A DNA stretch of 64,000 bases from Zootoca vivipara. Lineage: Eukaryota. The translations under genes were made by a program, and so were the position numbers. A model generated the notes under the pieces. The model did not search any database. It was given only the letters and a program-made list of their open reading frames with translations, and was not told the DNA's origin. The DNA lies in the NCBI RefSeq assembly GCF_963506605.1, contig NC_083278.1:90644001-90708000 (forward strand), read 5' to 3'. This document shows, in pieces, positions 12,732-25,633 of the stretch (positions within the stretch are counted from its first letter, which is position 1; each line of letters starts with the position of its first letter).

Positions 12732-14451
12732 ACGCTAATAGAAAACCACCAGTGCAGTCAAATATATAGTGAAACGTGACTACAGTAGCCTAATCTAGAA
12801 ACTGGTACATTGGTTGTGCTAGTAAAAATGATACTGGGATTTGTATCTTAGACCAGCTTGCATTGCCTCTAGCCTTACCTAAGATTTTACTAATGTTCCC
12901 TTCCCTGTATCATATTTTGGTAATGGGTCTGCATTCTTTACTCTCTTAGAGACTGATGGTTAAACCAGATCCCCTTTCCCTACTCCCTCCCTAGCACTGA
13001 AGCTAAATGTTGGAGATCTATGCATTACTATATCATCCAAATACTGTAGACTGTTACAAAGTCCTGGCAGCCTTTGAACACTAGGGCTATTCGTCTCTGG
13101 CACGAAAATCAAAGGAACTGACTATAAATGGATGAGGTCTTGCTGGGATCCAAAATGGTGTTTAAGCTTTGGATTTTGGAACAAATGGAATTTACTAGAA
13201 ATGATTTACAGATCGCCGTTTTTCCAGCTGTCACTACATTTCATATTTTTAAAAGGGGGGGGGGAATCAGATACTGCAATTGAAAGGATTGTGCATCTTT
13301 ATTTTTCCTTGAGCATTGCCCACTGCAATTATTTTTTTCTGACATTCTCTGTCTTCAGTTTTGGAACCAGCAGGTATATATGGTATTTCAAGAGAGGTAA
13401 CAGCTATTTAAAATAATGTAAGGCAAGATAAAAGTAATTAGAAGATAGAACTACCAATATCCCTCACATCTATCCCAGCACAGGAATTATACGTCAAATG
13501 CTTGGCAGAAAAGGAAGGTGTTCATCTTTTTACTTGCAACTTTTCCACCTCCTCAACTGCTTTTCCCTCTAGCAATTACAGGTGCACATTTGTGAGAGTA
13601 AATGCACACATCTGGAAGTCTGCAGGAGGAAAGCAGCCAGCGTAGAAAGAAAGGGCCTTCTTGGCTCTTCTCTCGTCCAAATCAACCCTGCCCAAATCTG
13701 CTTTACCCTAACAGACATAACACCTTTTGGTGCACACATTTCTGCATATAATGTTCTCCCCCAACCCCACTTTCAGGCCTCTCATGAAAAGATACCGTTT
13801 GCTGGGCTAGCTAAATAAAAGGTTCTGAAATATTCAAAGACAATAAAAGTTTAATATCACTGTGAGTCACAATTTGAGAACAGGCCAACATCTAATTTGG
13901 AGCAGGCATTTTACTACTAAATACTTCATAAGATGAAATTCTTTTGTGCTGCCTTGTCCACATCCTTTCCACAACCGAAATGAAATTGAATAATAGTTGG
14001 CTTAAATGATGACCAAGTGGCTTTCAGCAGCATTTTTGGCACATAGTTGCTTCCACAACACACTTTATTTTTATACTTTCATTACACCTCCTATTTCAAG
14101 CAGCATCACAAGGTTAAGGTCACTAATATCTTTGAGAGGAAACTGAAACAATTCAGCAAAAATCACACTAGACAAAAACTGCACAAGAGGAGAGACATGA
14201 AGGGTGAATATTGATAGTCATATGCATGATTATAGTTGCTCATTAAAAACACTAATTCTCTCTTTACTGTATCCAAACTACAGTTTTGAAAACTCAACGC
14301 AAGCTGCGTGTTTCCTAGTACTGTATCCCTTAAATGTTTTTATGATGATGCAGAGACCTTCCAAAAGATAACACATGCACTTACACATAAACTCTCAAGA
14401 TATTTGTGAAAAAATGCCAAATATTACAAATGTTTGTCATAGCATCTAAGG

Positions 14452-14587
14452 CAGGCATCCCCAAACTTCGGCCCTCCAGATGTTTTGGACTACAATTCCC
14501 ATCTTCCCTGACCACTGGTCCTGTTAGCTAGGGGTCATGGGAGTTGTAGGCCAAAACATCTGGAGGGCCGCAGTTTGGGGGTGCCTG
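14452..14587. mobile_element. Palindromic hAT MITE
   Basis: TIRs; TSD ATCTAAGG/GTCTAAGG. Confidence 0.9.
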
Positions 14588-14649
14588 GTCTAAGGCTTTC
14601 AAAAGGCCACTCATGCATTATGGATCAGTGGGGGGCGGGGTTTGATGTA

Positions 14650-14933
14650 CAGTGGTGCCTCACTAGACGAATTTAATTCGTTCCACGGGTCTATTCTTAT
14701 AACGAAAAATTTGTCTAGCGAATCCCATAGGAACGCATTGAATTTTTTTTTAAAAAAAATTGCCCATAGGAACGCATTAATTGAATTTCAATGCATTCCT
14801 ATGGGAAACCGCGATTCGCTAGACGAATTTTTTGTAAAACGAATTTGTCTAGCGAGGCAACCTCTGCTAGAAAAATCCTTTCTTTAAGCGAAAATTTTGT
14901 CTTACGGGGCGTTTGTTAAGCGAGGCACCACTG
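14650..14933. mobile_element. Tc1/mariner (Tigger-like) MITE
   Basis: TA|CAGTGGTGCCTC ... GAGGCACCACTG|TA. Confidence 0.85.
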
Positions 14934-14939
14934 TATGTA

Positions 14940-15174
14940 CCCTGTTTCTCATATTTTAAGACATACCCATAAAATAAGCCATAGCAGGATTTCTAAGCAT
15001 TCAAGGAATATAAGACATACCCCGAAAATAAGGCATAGTGATAGGCACAGCAGCAATGCCAGCCGCGGCAGGAGGAGAAGGAAAAAAATAAGACATCCCT
15101 TGAAAATAAGCCATAGTGTGTTTTTTTGAGGAAAAAATAAATATAAGACATGTCTTATAATATGAGAAACACGG
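14940..15174. mobile_element. Tc1/mariner-type MITE adjacent to the previous one
   Basis: TA|CCCTGTTTCTCATATT.TAAGAC ... GTCTTATAATATGAGAAACACGG|TA. Confidence 0.82.
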
Positions 15175-15555
15175 TATACACATATTTTTATCCCATATTT
15201 TTCTAGTGCTCATGCACCTAACTATTAAAAACACAATATAAAAACCGAGGCAATATAACAAACCAGATGGGTACACAGGAGACAAACCAAAAGCATCAGA
15301 TAAAAAGGGTACTGAATAAATAATTTAAAAAGCCTGCTTAAACAGAAAGATTTTGAACATAGAGGAGACCAACCATGCCTCATGGAGCAAAGAGTTCACA
15401 TATATTAGATGCAGCCACGAAGAAGGTCTTTCTTCCATTCCCACCAGTCAAGGTTCAATAGTTGGAACATAGAGAAGGGGGCCCTCTGTAAGAGCATAGG
15501 GAATGGAAAGGGTCATGTTGGATGTGGTGATTTGCAAGGTCACCTGGATCTAAGC

Positions 15556-16042
15556 CAGGGGTCGCCAACCTTTTTGGGTCATTTCAAATTTTGAGAGAGT
15601 GCTTGGGGCACCAGTCACATAACAGCTGTTGGTGTGTGTGAGAGAGAGTGTGTGTGTTATGTGTGTGGTACAACACAAAATTAGAGAGGCAGCCACCCCT
15701 GGCAGCCTTATGTGAAACCATAGGAAGTCAGCTTTGCCCTACTGGTCCCAATTGTGGCGATCACGATCACACTCACTCACTCCCTGATATTATTGCTATC
15801 TAATAGCAACAGGCCACATTCCTAAGTACCAGGAAAAATATACAAGGTGGCCACAGTACTCACTCTCATTTCACAGAAATCAGTTAAATGATACCTGCAC
15901 TTTTTGCCCCACAACTTTCTTTCTTCAAGGGCTAGAAATATTTTCAAAAAGAAATAATTAAAGCTTAGAGTCTGCAGCATCTGCCCAGGGGCACCAGTAA
16001 AAAGCCTTTGCAGCTGTCTATGGCACCAGCTTGCAACCCCTG
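15556..16042. mobile_element. Older non-autonomous hAT element
   Basis: Ends CAGGGGTCGCCAAC / GCTTGCAACCCCTG; TSD ATCTAAGC/ACATAAGC. Confidence 0.6.
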
Positions 16043-16688
16043 ACATAAGCCATTTTATAGTTTGCTGCTTTGCCTTGTCTTGGATTTTAAAAATGAATCA
16101 AGTAGTTCAGCTTTGGAACATTGCTATTTAAGAGATGGAATTTAGAAACAGCCTGAAGGATGTTAGCTAAATCTATACCTTGTACAAAGCAACTCCCCTA
16201 CAAACACACATACCCCTTCAAAAGAGTTTGCAATCCTAATTTTGGACATTTTACTCTTTGGGCCTAAGTCAACAAAATCATCATAAAGTAGTATTTGTAC
16301 TCTCCAAACATATCTGAATGACTTAGATGTCACTTAGGTCATTTGGAAAATTTGGGTTGTGCTGTATTTGCTCATATAATTATACATCCCTCCCTCTTTT
16401 TCTACTGCTATTTCTCTCTCAGTTTTCATAGGAACTACCGTAGGAACCCAACATCAACATTAAGGAGATCTAGATTCTACTAGTAGTTTTTACCAAGCAT
16501 GTGCAATGCTTAGCCACAAACAGTATTAAAAAGTCTGTTGCTTATAAATTCAGTAATGGGGGTTGACTCACTCCTGACACACCTAGCTATTAAATTTCTT
16601 TAGCTAGTTTAGACACCTACTTTCTTTGCTTAGGGGGGAAAAACACCTCTATTTCCTTTAATCTGGTGTCTTCATTAAGACAAAAATG

Positions 16689-16870
16689 AAATAAAAAAAT
16701 TCCTTCAGTAGCACCTTAAAGACCAACTAAGTTTTTATTTTGGTATGAGCTTTCGTGTGCATGCACACGAAAGCTCATACCAAAATAAAAACTTAGTTGG
16801 TCTTTAAGCTGCTACTGAAGGAATTTTTTTATTTTACTTCGACCCAGACCAACACGGCTACCTACCTGTA
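16689..16870. mobile_element. Penelope-like element remnant forming a 146-bp palindrome (16689-16834)
   Basis: GTAGCACCTTAAAGACCAAC...GAGCTTTCGTGTGCATGCACACGAAAGCTC...AGACCAACACGGCTAC resembles recalled sauropsid Penelope termini. 12-bp TSD ACAAAAATGAAA at 16680-16691 and 16871-16882. Confidence 0.8.
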
Positions 16871-17274
16871 ACAAAAATGAAAGAAAGATTTGAGGCTACG
16901 TCCAAAGAAAATGCCAGTTAGTTCAGCATTTGATTTTATGTGTGGGGAAAGAACCAAAATAAAATAAAAATACGGAGAGCAAGTGATCAGAAGTGGGATA
17001 AAATTCAATAGCATTAAAGTGCATACTTAGCAGTCAAATGGAAGGGAGATTTGCACACAGAATTGTTTTTAATCTTTTAAAGCAAAAGTTGAAGATTTAG
17101 AGAACTACCAGATACAAACACAGTAGTATTTATTTACATTTATTTACATTTCTGTGCCATTCCAAAAGGCTTGGGACAAAGAACACAGAAGAGAACTAAG
17201 AAAATGCCCTCAAAGGATTTTTTAAAACTACTCCAGGGACATGCTGGAGAAGCCCCCAAGTCAACAGGGCTGGG

Positions 17275-17500
17275 CAGTAGGACCTTGGGTTACAGGCGCT
17301 TCAGGTTACAGACTCCGCTAACCTGGAAGTAGTACCTCAGGTTAAGAACTTTGCTTCAGGATGAGAACAGAAATCACGCAGTGGCGGTGCGGTGGCAGCA
17401 GGAGGCCCCATTAGCTAAAGTGGTACCTCAGATTAATAACAGTTTCAGGTTAAGAACGGACCTCTGGAACGAATTAAGTTCTTAACCCAAGGTACCACTG
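17275..17500. mobile_element. Tc1/mariner (Tigger-like) MITE
   Basis: CAGTAGGACCTTGGGTTA ... TAACCCAAGGTACCACTG|TA. Confidence 0.78.
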
Positions 17501-20227
17501 TATCAGCTTTTCAACATTGGGGTATATCACCAGCCAAAACATCAGAGTCTGGCGATATACCGCGATGTTGGGGGAAAAGCTGCATTGGCCTCAGCTTGCG
17601 GGGCGCCAGGTGAAATTGCCGCAGCTCTCACTGTGGGAGCCAAGGTAGTTTCGCCCCAGCACCTAGTGGGAGCCTGTTTGTACAGTTCAGCCAGGGCACG
17701 GGAGGGTGGAAAGAAAACAAGGCCATGTTTGACATGATAGAAGGGAGTGAATGAGTTATGTTACAGATAAGACAGCATATTGGAGCCATCAGGAGATGGG
17801 AGAATGCAACAAATCATGCTACAGAAGCTTCAAAGAGAATGGAAGATTGAGCACTTATGCATAGCTGATGGTGTAAAACAGGGTAGTAACAAAGGAGACT
17901 AACAGCATATCTAATTAAGTCAGCATGGCTGAAATAATGTTTTAATTAGTCAGTGTTGCTGAAATGATGCTTTGAGACTGTGCTGAACTAGCAGTGATTT
18001 TTCTCCTGGTATGGGTTTCTTCTGGAGTCTCAGAAGAGGAACAATAGTTGGTGAATTGCGGAGTGAAATGTAGTACTAGAGAGGAGTGGAGTGTTCAGCT
18101 TTCAACTCAACTGCCCACCCCCACCCCCCAAAGTTCAAATCTCCTACATACATTTACATTTTATTTATTACATGTATATCCCACCTTTTGTCCAAGAAGC
18201 CCCCCCCTTCATTTTATCCTTGGAGTAACCCTTTGAGGTAGGTTAGTCTGAGAAACTGCAAATGGTGCAAAGTTGCCCCACGAGCTTCACAGATGAGTGG
18301 GGATTCAAACTCTGGCCTGCTGCCACCATGTCTATTTTGTCCTGAAGGCAGACCGTTGTATTTTTTAAAAACTAGAACAAGCCAACAACAGTGGCTGGGT
18401 CCTTGCATGTTCTACTCACATTTATAGTGGAACACAATTATTTCAAGCATCATAGGAACAAATTTCATAGCGCCACTGTGTTAGAAGTTCATTCGGTAAA
18501 ATGCAATTGGTTTATGATTAGTTGAGAAATTAGCATGTAAACTTCTAAAATTATATGCAGTCATGCTAAGAGCCCTTAAGTAAAGGAGGGCGATCAGAGG
18601 AAGCTATAGTCTCGGAAGACTTGTAGATTATCCATTAGAGAGAGAGAAATCCTAGATCTATAGTAAAGTAATGCCTCTATTAGAACCAACCAAAATGTCA
18701 TGAAGTCATGAGTAACCTTTCTAATTCCCAATATACATCTGAAACTATGCAAATATTTGACATTCATGTTCCATAAATAAACTTCAGAAAAATAAAAAGT
18801 TCAGCACTTGCACACATTCAAGAATGTTGAAAAGCAGACACCCTTGTTGAGTCTGGACTCTAATTATCCTGATTCTTTTAAAGAATTGGGGTCTTGCTGC
18901 TTAAGTGTTTTGAAAGCTATTCATCTACGTCCCAAAATAACTCAGGCTTTTTGTCCGTGAATTAAGACACTCACAGTTCATTCAGGGTACATTTTGAGCA
19001 CTATCAAGCATAGCTTGTTCATAACTTGCTGCAAGCTTTAAAATGGACTGAAATAGTACTGTTCATAATTAACAGTGGGATGGAGGTAAATTCTTGTTAT
19101 ATGAATTATCTCATTTGCACGCTACAGTTCAAAGGACTAACAGATTACTAGGTTAAGTACTGAATATTCTTCTGTTTCTTAGAAGGTGAGGGAAGAAGGG
19201 CATGGGAAATGAGTTTTCAAACATTTTGTTGCTACCATTTGCAAATGCCAGATTCTAAAGGTCAAAAGACGTAACTACTCTGGGATTGTGGAGCAGAGGC
19301 CAAAGCAAGAATTTACAAAACCCTTTTGGAAACTGCAAAGAACTCTGGTTCTAAAAAGACAGTAATTACAACAAAGCCTTAGGTTGACTATGTAATGTGC
19401 TATCTTATTAAACTAAGAAAATTTAGCCTCTACAGACTGTATGTAGACATTAACTTGCCAGACATTAACTTTGAAATGGTTTTCAATACAGTGTGGTATA
19501 TTTGCATAGAACCTAAGGCAATGGGGAACACTTTAATGAAACTACAGCATATTGCTTTCATATGCACACTAAATAAGCAAAATGGGATCTGTGGAAAGAT
19601 ATTAATAAAGCCTGAACAAACTTTCTAAATTAATGTTGACTGCGACTAATTTATTTGAGCAAAGAGCTAGGCAGGCCTAGCAAGTGTCACTGATGCACTG
19701 ACATTCCAGAGAACCCATAGATCAGAAGTTTCTGGAGTACAAAATGTGTCATTCTGAAGGCATCTGAGATACTGGAAAACCTGTTCCAATCTTGTGTGGA
19801 CAAGGGGAAACATAGGATTGTATCCAGTGTTGCCATTACACCTGTGCAATGGAACTTCCCTCTCATCTCTCTGCTGAAACTCCTTGTGCACCCTCAAAAT
19901 CTGCTGAAGGGGGTTGCAGGATTCTCTGGAGTGGTTTTGGGGCACATGTGGAGAGGAGAGAGGAGAGGAGAAGTCATCCTCTCGTACAAGCAAAAACACT
20001 GCTTGCACAGCACTGCATACAAACAACCCACAGCTTTTATGGGCATTAGTTTCTTGGGCAGTCCCCTTTTTACTTTGTCCGTAGAGGGGGAGGGGAATGG
20101 CAAGACAATGTGAAATGAGAGTGGGTGTAGAAACAAATACTATTTTGCAGAACACTATACCTCCATTCCAAAGCAAGCAGCTTTTGCACTTCTTTGAATA
20201 GCATTCATGCAGTGATGTACATACTGC

Positions 20228-20420
20228 AACAGTGGTCAGGCTACCACAGTCCTGAAACTGCCATAGCTGTCTCACCAGCCAAATATGGTAAAAGACACTC
20301 CTGGCAACTGAGGTCACCTGGGCCTCTAGCAACAGAGATGCATCCAGAAGCACTGCCAGACTATCACCAGAAGGCAATTGACCAATTGAGTGGCCTTGAG
20401 AACCACTCACATACTCCATC
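20228..20420 (-). mobile_element. L2 LINE ORF2 fragment
   Basis: LAVLLDASLLLEAQVTSVARSVFYHIWLVRQL resembles the L2 post-RT motif LGV.LD..L..E.QV..VA..AF..L. Confidence 0.65.
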
Positions 20421-21370
20421 TTATCAGAATTCAGAATCAGTTTGGGTTTCTACGGCCTTTCCCGCTTCAAATGTTACGGAGAAATAGAAGTTCCATTGAT
20501 TACATGCTGATGACACCTCACCAGAATCTCCGAATGACCATTCCCAACACCTTCCCAACACTGCAAGCTGCGTGTGCAGTTAGTACAATTCTTTTATGAC
20601 TAGAGTAACAGCTGAGGCTGTTTGGGAGAGTAGATGTGAGCTCTGAAATTTTGTTTGTTCCTGTTTGGGGGCCATTGTACCAAAGGGATTATAAGATTAT
20701 ATACTTTTGGTAAAAATATATGGCCAGCTTCAATGTCATGCCAGCAGATACAAAGGGACTCCCTTACCCCAATTCCCCTTGTGCCTCACCAGTCTGCTCT
20801 GGAGGGTCCTCCAACTATCTAGAGCAGATTTGGGGGGCATGGGGGGAGGAGAGGAAGGAAAAGTTCCCTTGTAAGTGGAAGTCTGTTGCAGAAGTAGAAT
20901 GCCACAATTGTTGCTAGACCCATTGTTTTATTACAGGAACAAACAAATACAATTTAAAAGGGTCCCAAATCCATTACACCAATTGTTTAGCCCTTTTGTG
21001 AACTTATCAAGTATGAGCTTCTGGTTAAACACAACTAAATTACATGGGGAGAAAGAAGGCCTCAAGCAATTGTGCTGGAAGTTCTGTAGCCGAGGTGAGA
21101 ACCCTAAGGAACTTAGGACAATGTGGTGTGCGTGTGTGTTTTGCACGCATGGGCAAGAAGCGGCTGCTTGAAACAGAACTGCAGTCCCTTCTCCTTCCTT
21201 TTAAAACAAACAAACAAAAAACTCATCTGGGGGACTGGTTGGAAATCCTGAAGTGCCTATAGGATGGGGAACAAAATCTTAACTCACTTTCTCCCCCCCT
21301 TCTCCTTCAGCTTCTGTGTTTGTTTTTTTGTTTGTTTGTTTTGAAAGTGTGGTGTTTTAATAAGGTATAT

Positions 21371-21616
21371 TCCCAGCTCCTGCCAACCTAGCAGTTCGAA
21401 AGCACATCAAAATGCAAGTAGATAAATAGGAACCGCTATAGCGGGAAGGTAAACGGCGTTTCCGTGTGCTGCTCTGGTTTGCCAGAAGCAGCTTTGTCAT
21501 GCTGGCCACATGACCTGGAAGCTATATGCCGGCTCCCTCGGCCAATAATGCGAGATGAGCGCGCAACCGCAGAGTCGGTCACGACTGGACCTAATGGTCA
21601 GGGGTCCCTTTACCTT
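21371..21616 (+). mobile_element. Sauria SINE, 5'-truncated, TSD TATTCCCAGC
   Basis: Body match; direct repeat at 21368-21377 and 21617-21626. Confidence 0.9.
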
Positions 21617-22902
21617 TATTCCCAGCCCTAATCTGCCAGAACCTGAAGGATAAGAAACATGCAATAAACACCACCACCACCACCACCATCTTTGAAAGCG
21701 AGATGAAGAAAAAGAGAGGAAGGGGGTATTTTTATTTTTTCATTTGGGGAAAAAACCCACCCTTTCACCAGGGTTGCCTTTTTTCAAAAAACAAAGCAAA
21801 GTCAAAGTTTTTTTCTTTTGGCAAGCTGCTAGGACCTGGTAAATTGAGCTGGCATGGGGAATGTGAGCTCTGGCCAGTGGGCTGTAGAAGCGACAGTGGG
21901 CGCTTCGCATGTTGGGAATCAATGCTGCGATCGGCCACAGCTCTGGGAGCCCCTCTCCGATGCTGAGATCGGCTGTAGGTTGTCCAGGCGCAGCATCTCC
22001 AATGTTTCTGTCCCGGAACTGCGGTTAATCACAGCATCATCCACAGCATCATTGAAGACGGGTACCGGCATCTGGGCTCCAGTGGATGAGCCCGCCCCAC
22101 CCCCAGCCCGCCCCATCCCCTGGTGCATGTGCCCACCCAGGGCAGCAAACAGGGACACAATGTCCCTGCTGTCTACTACTCCATAATATAACAAAGCAAA
22201 AAAGTTAGTGAGTTATTGAGATCAAGCTTTGTAGTGTCCGCTTTACTTTTCGAAACAAAACCGACTACATTTATTTGAGTGTACATAGTTATTTCAAATT
22301 CATTAGTGTTTCTGTAATTCAAAGATAAATCCTATGCCAAATTCAATTCAGCTGAAAAACAGCAAGAGCAATTCTTCACTTTTTAAAAACTGATTTAAAC
22401 GAACACTTCATCAACACGAAGAATCAACACTTCATTCTTTTAATGTTAGGTCACTGACAAATGCTAAGCTCTAGAAGGTTTGAAAAACCTGCTATGACCT
22501 GCTGTGCCAAACTGGTTACTTGCCAAGTCTCAATTTTTCCTTAAATTTGTAGAGAGATCTTTCTTCTGTAATAATATTGCTCCCCGCCCCCCTTTTCAAT
22601 TCCCAATTAAAGTTAACAATATGGAGATATACAGTAATGAAAGCTGCTTTCATTATACACTAAATTTAATTAATGTGTCATACAAAAATGGAAGGACACC
22701 TGCGTTTAATATTACACTGTCAGAACATGCACACTGCAGTTCTGGATGACTTCCAACTAGGGCTGTTCTACACACTTTTTAAAAAAATTGCCTTCCCAGC
22801 TTTTGTACCCAGGACAAAACCGAGGTCCGTATGCTCTGTGCAGGGCAATGTGCACATTTAAAAATGGAAATAAACATAAAAACCTTAGATTTTTTTCTAT
22901 GT

Positions 22903-23038
22903 AAGGAACCCCCAAACTTCAGCCCTCCAGATGTTTTGGACTACAATTCCCATCTTCCCTGACCGCTGGTCCGGTTAGCTAGGGATCATGGGAGCTGTAG
23001 GCCAAAACATCTGGAGGGCCGCAGTTTGGGGATGCCTG
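22903..23038. mobile_element. Palindromic hAT MITE
   Basis: Same family core; left TIR and TSD degenerate. Confidence 0.85.
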
Positions 23039-24100
23039 ATCTGCGTTAATGCAATGGGGGAAAGTCAATTTCATGTCCATTTTTGAAATATAGCACCATT
23101 TAATAAATCTGAGGTTTAAAAATAAGAGAAGATGGGGATATTTATAGAACAACACACAATGTTCAACTTCCAAACCAAGGATGCTTAATTTAACTATAAC
23201 TTACACGGGGTGGGGGTGGGGGCACTACCAGAAAAGTAGATTCGATTCCGTCTGCATACTAAAAGAAAGCCAAGCAGGCTGGGTATAGAGAAGAAGAACA
23301 GAAACTGAGATATAGGAGAGCTTGCCAAAGTACCAGAAAAAGTTTGAAAAGGCTATGCCAGCACCAAATTATAAAATAGCTAAGCAGGTGGCAGAGCCAG
23401 ATGCCACGGTGCAATGTTGGTTTGGGCTGGACCACTAAAAGAATTGGGCAGATGGATCAGAGCCTGTTGCTCAGTCCTGGTGCACCGTCTAAAGAGGAAT
23501 CAAGTATTCTGCTCAAAAAACTTTCCAGTAACGTCCACAATGGAGATAAAATTTTGACATTACGTATTTCGTGTGTATTTTCTTATAGAGTTCATTCCAA
23601 AAACACCTTATACCTAATGCATGTGGGGATCAAAGTGCTGTCCATTTTGGTTATGAAAATGCCATTTCCTACCAATACCAAGTGTTTGGTGTTGTTGTTG
23701 TTGTTTTTAAAAAAAACTCTTTAGGATCGTCATACTGAAGAGTACAAAGAATCAAAAAAGTTAAAATCCACAGATCACAATCCTTGTAAACACAGATCTA
23801 ACTGCATTTAGTTTAGCTCAACTCAAAAGGGTTTGACATGAAAGATGTTGCTGAAGAACAACAATTCTCATTACAATTTTATATTCTGTGTATTTTAACA
23901 AACGCCAAGAGATCGTCTGAGGCAACTAACTGTCAGCTAGTCAAGAGAAAAACCTCCACCTTGCAGTAATCTGAAAGATACATATATGCAGATAGACACA
24001 GCTTGCCTACTGTCCTGGTCAGATGTTCAATTTGATTTGTCTTCAGCCACACTATAAGATATTACATATATATGATTAACAATGAAATACTGTGTGTCTA

Positions 24101-24216
24101 GGGACGCGGGTGGCACTGTGGGTTAAACCACTGAGCCTTGGGCTTGCCGATCAGAAGGCCAGCGGTTTGAATCCCCGCAACAGGGTGAGCTCCCATTGCT
24201 CGGTCCCAGCTCCTGG
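24101..24216 (+). mobile_element. Sauria SINE 5' head only (3'-deleted)
   Basis: GGGACGCGGGTGGCACTGTGGGTTAAACC...CGGTCCCAGCTCCTG. Confidence 0.85.
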
Positions 24217-25121
24217 CATGTCTTAATGTGAAAATATTTAAGATAGAAATAGTTTTAGATCATGTGTAGCAGATGTTGGGGTGATAAGTAATAAAATACT
24301 ATTTTTGTAGTGAAATAATATGCTGTGTTGACTTTATTACTACAAAATTTAGTAACTTCAAAACTTTAAAACTGAAAGTGGATTGCACTTGGATTATTCC
24401 AAGATGATTAAACTTGCCTTATCAACACAAAAGAAGGCTTCATACATAAATGAGAGACTGCACTTCAGCCAGACAATTATGTACAGTAGTCTGTAGGGTT
24501 AAATAGTCTGATGATTTTAGTTTTATTCTTTATTGTAAACTGCTTTGTTTTACTACAATCAAGCTTTGTGAGATAAACAAATAGTGATCCTTATTATCCC
24601 TGTTCAGAGGGGCACCAACAATCCCAACCAACTAACTTGGGTCAATTTGGAATTCTGCTACCCCAACATCTTGCCAATCAATCATTAAGACTTACAATTT
24701 TTGGATATGCCATGACTTATGTAAGGTATCTAAAATAACCAAACCTCCTTCTCATCTATCTTTAATTCAACATGGGCTACGGGAGCATAAGTTTGCACAT
24801 ACTTCTAGATGAAACATGTCTGATGCACTAGAACTATAGTGGGAAGGATTCAACTCACTATAGGCTTGCTTTAAAACCTCTTATCTACATTGTGAAACAA
24901 GTAGAAAGCATATAAAAATAACAATTCATACACTATAGGAAAGAACCACTGTCCTCCTAGTGGTGCAGCAATAAAACTGCTAGCACATTTGCAAAGCTAA
25001 GCAGGGTGCGGTATGGTTTCAAATTGGATGGGAAACCATATGTTGAGATTCCTGCATTGCAGGGCGATGGACTAGACGACCCTTGTAATCCCTTCCAACT
25101 CTACAATTCGAATATACTTAC

Positions 25122-25633
25122 CGTATATTGGCTATATGTTGTTGCACAGGCTGATGCTGAAAATGTTCAGGCCACTGATGATGTAGACAGAATGAGGGCG
25201 AGGACTGAAGACAGCAGGCAGTCTGATACAAGGGTGTATGTTTTTGGCAAGCGGATGCTGAATATTCTGTATGAAGGTTTGGGCAGCAGGAAGTTAATGG
25301 AGATGGCGCCGCATTGCCAGACAGTGAAAGGCATTCTTGCTGATTACAATGGTGATTTAGAGGCTGATGATGGTATGGGCAAGGGCGACAACACTGTGAT
25401 AATACCTGTGGAGTTCTTTGGTCATCTACAGGCAGAAACGATGGTTTTAGCATGCCATTAAGTTGAAGGCACCCATTTGCACTCACTTTTCTTCTTGTGG
25501 TTTCCTTGGATGGGAGGTTTTGGACGGCAACATTGCCATCACTGGTTGCAAGGAGATCAGGACTAGTTCCATTGGTCGGGATGTTACCATTGCTCAGAAC
25601 TACAAAGTCATTGCTCCCATTGCTTGTAGCCAT
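25122..25633 (-). CDS. DISP1: DISP1 first coding exon (N-terminal Cys/His-rich cytoplasmic region), ATG at 25633, ends in phase 2
   Basis: Translation MATSNGSNDFVVLSN...GCLQLNG...CCRPCPYHH...SPSFCLHHQWPEHFQHQPVQQHIANIR matches the recalled vertebrate DISP1 N-terminus. Donor CG|GTAAGT at 25121. Polypyrimidine tract and TAG/AAG acceptor near 25664-25690. Confidence 0.96.

Noticed and set aside
16740-16785. Active hammerhead ribozyme
   Set aside because: The CUGANGA catalytic core is missing on both strands.
19667-20419. 250-aa minus-strand ORF
   Set aside because: Chimera of an L2 fragment and non-coding or old repeat sequence; no coherent protein.
21832-21921. In-frame read-through past the TGA at 21919-21921 as selenocysteine
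   Set aside because: No SECIS recognised; open frames are expected by chance in GC-rich DNA.
25006-25461. 151-aa plus-strand ORF
   Set aside because: Antisense shadow of the DISP1 exon plus a SINE tail; no ATG start.
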